From NCBI RefSeq assembly GCF_963676685.1, contig NC_092353.1:54932001-54996000 (forward strand): DNA of 64,000 bases, read 5' to 3'. A program made the translations under genes and the position numbers. Positions 63,200 through 64,000 of this stretch are shown in pieces; within the stretch, counting starts at the first letter, position 1, and the number at the start of each line of letters is the position of its first letter. This DNA comes from Mytilus edulis (lineage: Eukaryota). Below the pieces are notes generated by a model. The model saw only the letters and a program-made list of their open reading frames with translations, did no database searches and had not been told where the DNA came from.

Positions 63200-64000
63200 A
63201 AAATTTTTGTGTTCGTATATTGGTATCACATCGTCGCCGGCGTCGGCTTCGTTGTCAGCGTCGTCCGAAGACGGATGGTTTCCAGATAATAACTTTAGTA
63301 TAAGTAAATAGAAATCAATAAAATATTAACATAATGTTTATAACCACAAAAGGAAGCTTGGGATTGATTTTGGGGTTATGGTCCCTAAGGTTTAGGAATT
63401 AATGGCCCAAAGGGCCCAAAACAAGCATATATCTAGTGTCAGGACCATAAGTTGTGTATAAGTATTTCAATTGTTCTGAAATTGTACCACAATGTTCAAT
63501 ACCATAAGTAGAAGGTTGGAATATATTTTAAGGGTTATGGGGCAAACAGTCTAGGAATAAAAGGTCAAAAACAAGCATTTTTGTAGTTTCAAGACAATAA
63601 ATTTGAGTTATCTTTCTTTGTCCAGAATGGTTGTTGAATCACCTAATACCAATATTTTATGAAATATTCTTTGAAAATTGGAGTTATCTTTCTTTGTCCA
63701 GAATAGTAGTTGAATCAACTTAAATCAATGCTATATACAATATACAATGCACTTTTACTACCAACTGATGAATTAAAACAATCTTTACCATTCAGTGATT
63801 ACAAGCACTTTGATTACCATTCTAGGGTTATGCCCATTTACAAGTGGAAGAATTGAAGAATTTTTTCGTTTCTGTTCTCTTAACCTAAGTTTGTCTCAAC
63901 TAAATTTAATAAAATGTGTATATAATGCTTATTACCTCTAAACTCAGTTTAAGTTCAATTTTTGGCAGCTTCACTTTTACAGTTCTTGAGTTATGTCCCT
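63200..64000 (+). mobile_element. Helentron-type non-autonomous element(s), partial
   Basis: (CGT/CGG) microsatellite head followed by ~150-bp degenerate units; the distal part resembles the element at 59955-60550. Confidence 0.5.

Overview
AT-rich, repeat-dense eukaryotic DNA with spliceosomal GT-AG introns; the repeat families resemble those of a bivalve mollusc (mussel-like), which is an inference. Host genes reconstructed by hand: the last exon of MTRES1/C6orf203 (+, 1146-1304); a complete 5-exon, 399-aa gene with a PD-(D/E)xK nuclease-like motif (+, 14254-24542); a complete 15-exon HGD gene (-, 48124-28992, 451 aa); and the first two coding exons of an ASK-family MAP3K (+, 57659-58468). 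The most striking feature is a 5,966-bp P-superfamily (THAP9-like) DNA transposon at 7984-13949 with perfect 15-bp TIRs and a 7-bp TSD. It carries two convergent genes: a 5'-deleted transposase that stops shortly after the catalytic domain, and a separate spliced gene joining a C2H2 finger to what resembles the missing P/THAP9 C-terminal domain, i.e. an apparently split, two-gene P element. Inside and around it are nested TIR-only footprints; the two internal ones each have their own 7-bp TSD. The rest is LINE fragments (RTE, RTEX-like, CR1-like), SINEs, Helentron-type non-autonomous elements with internal satellites, many MITEs, a higher-order minisatellite and two template-switch-like hairpins. 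All family assignments come from motif recognition and recall, not from database searches.
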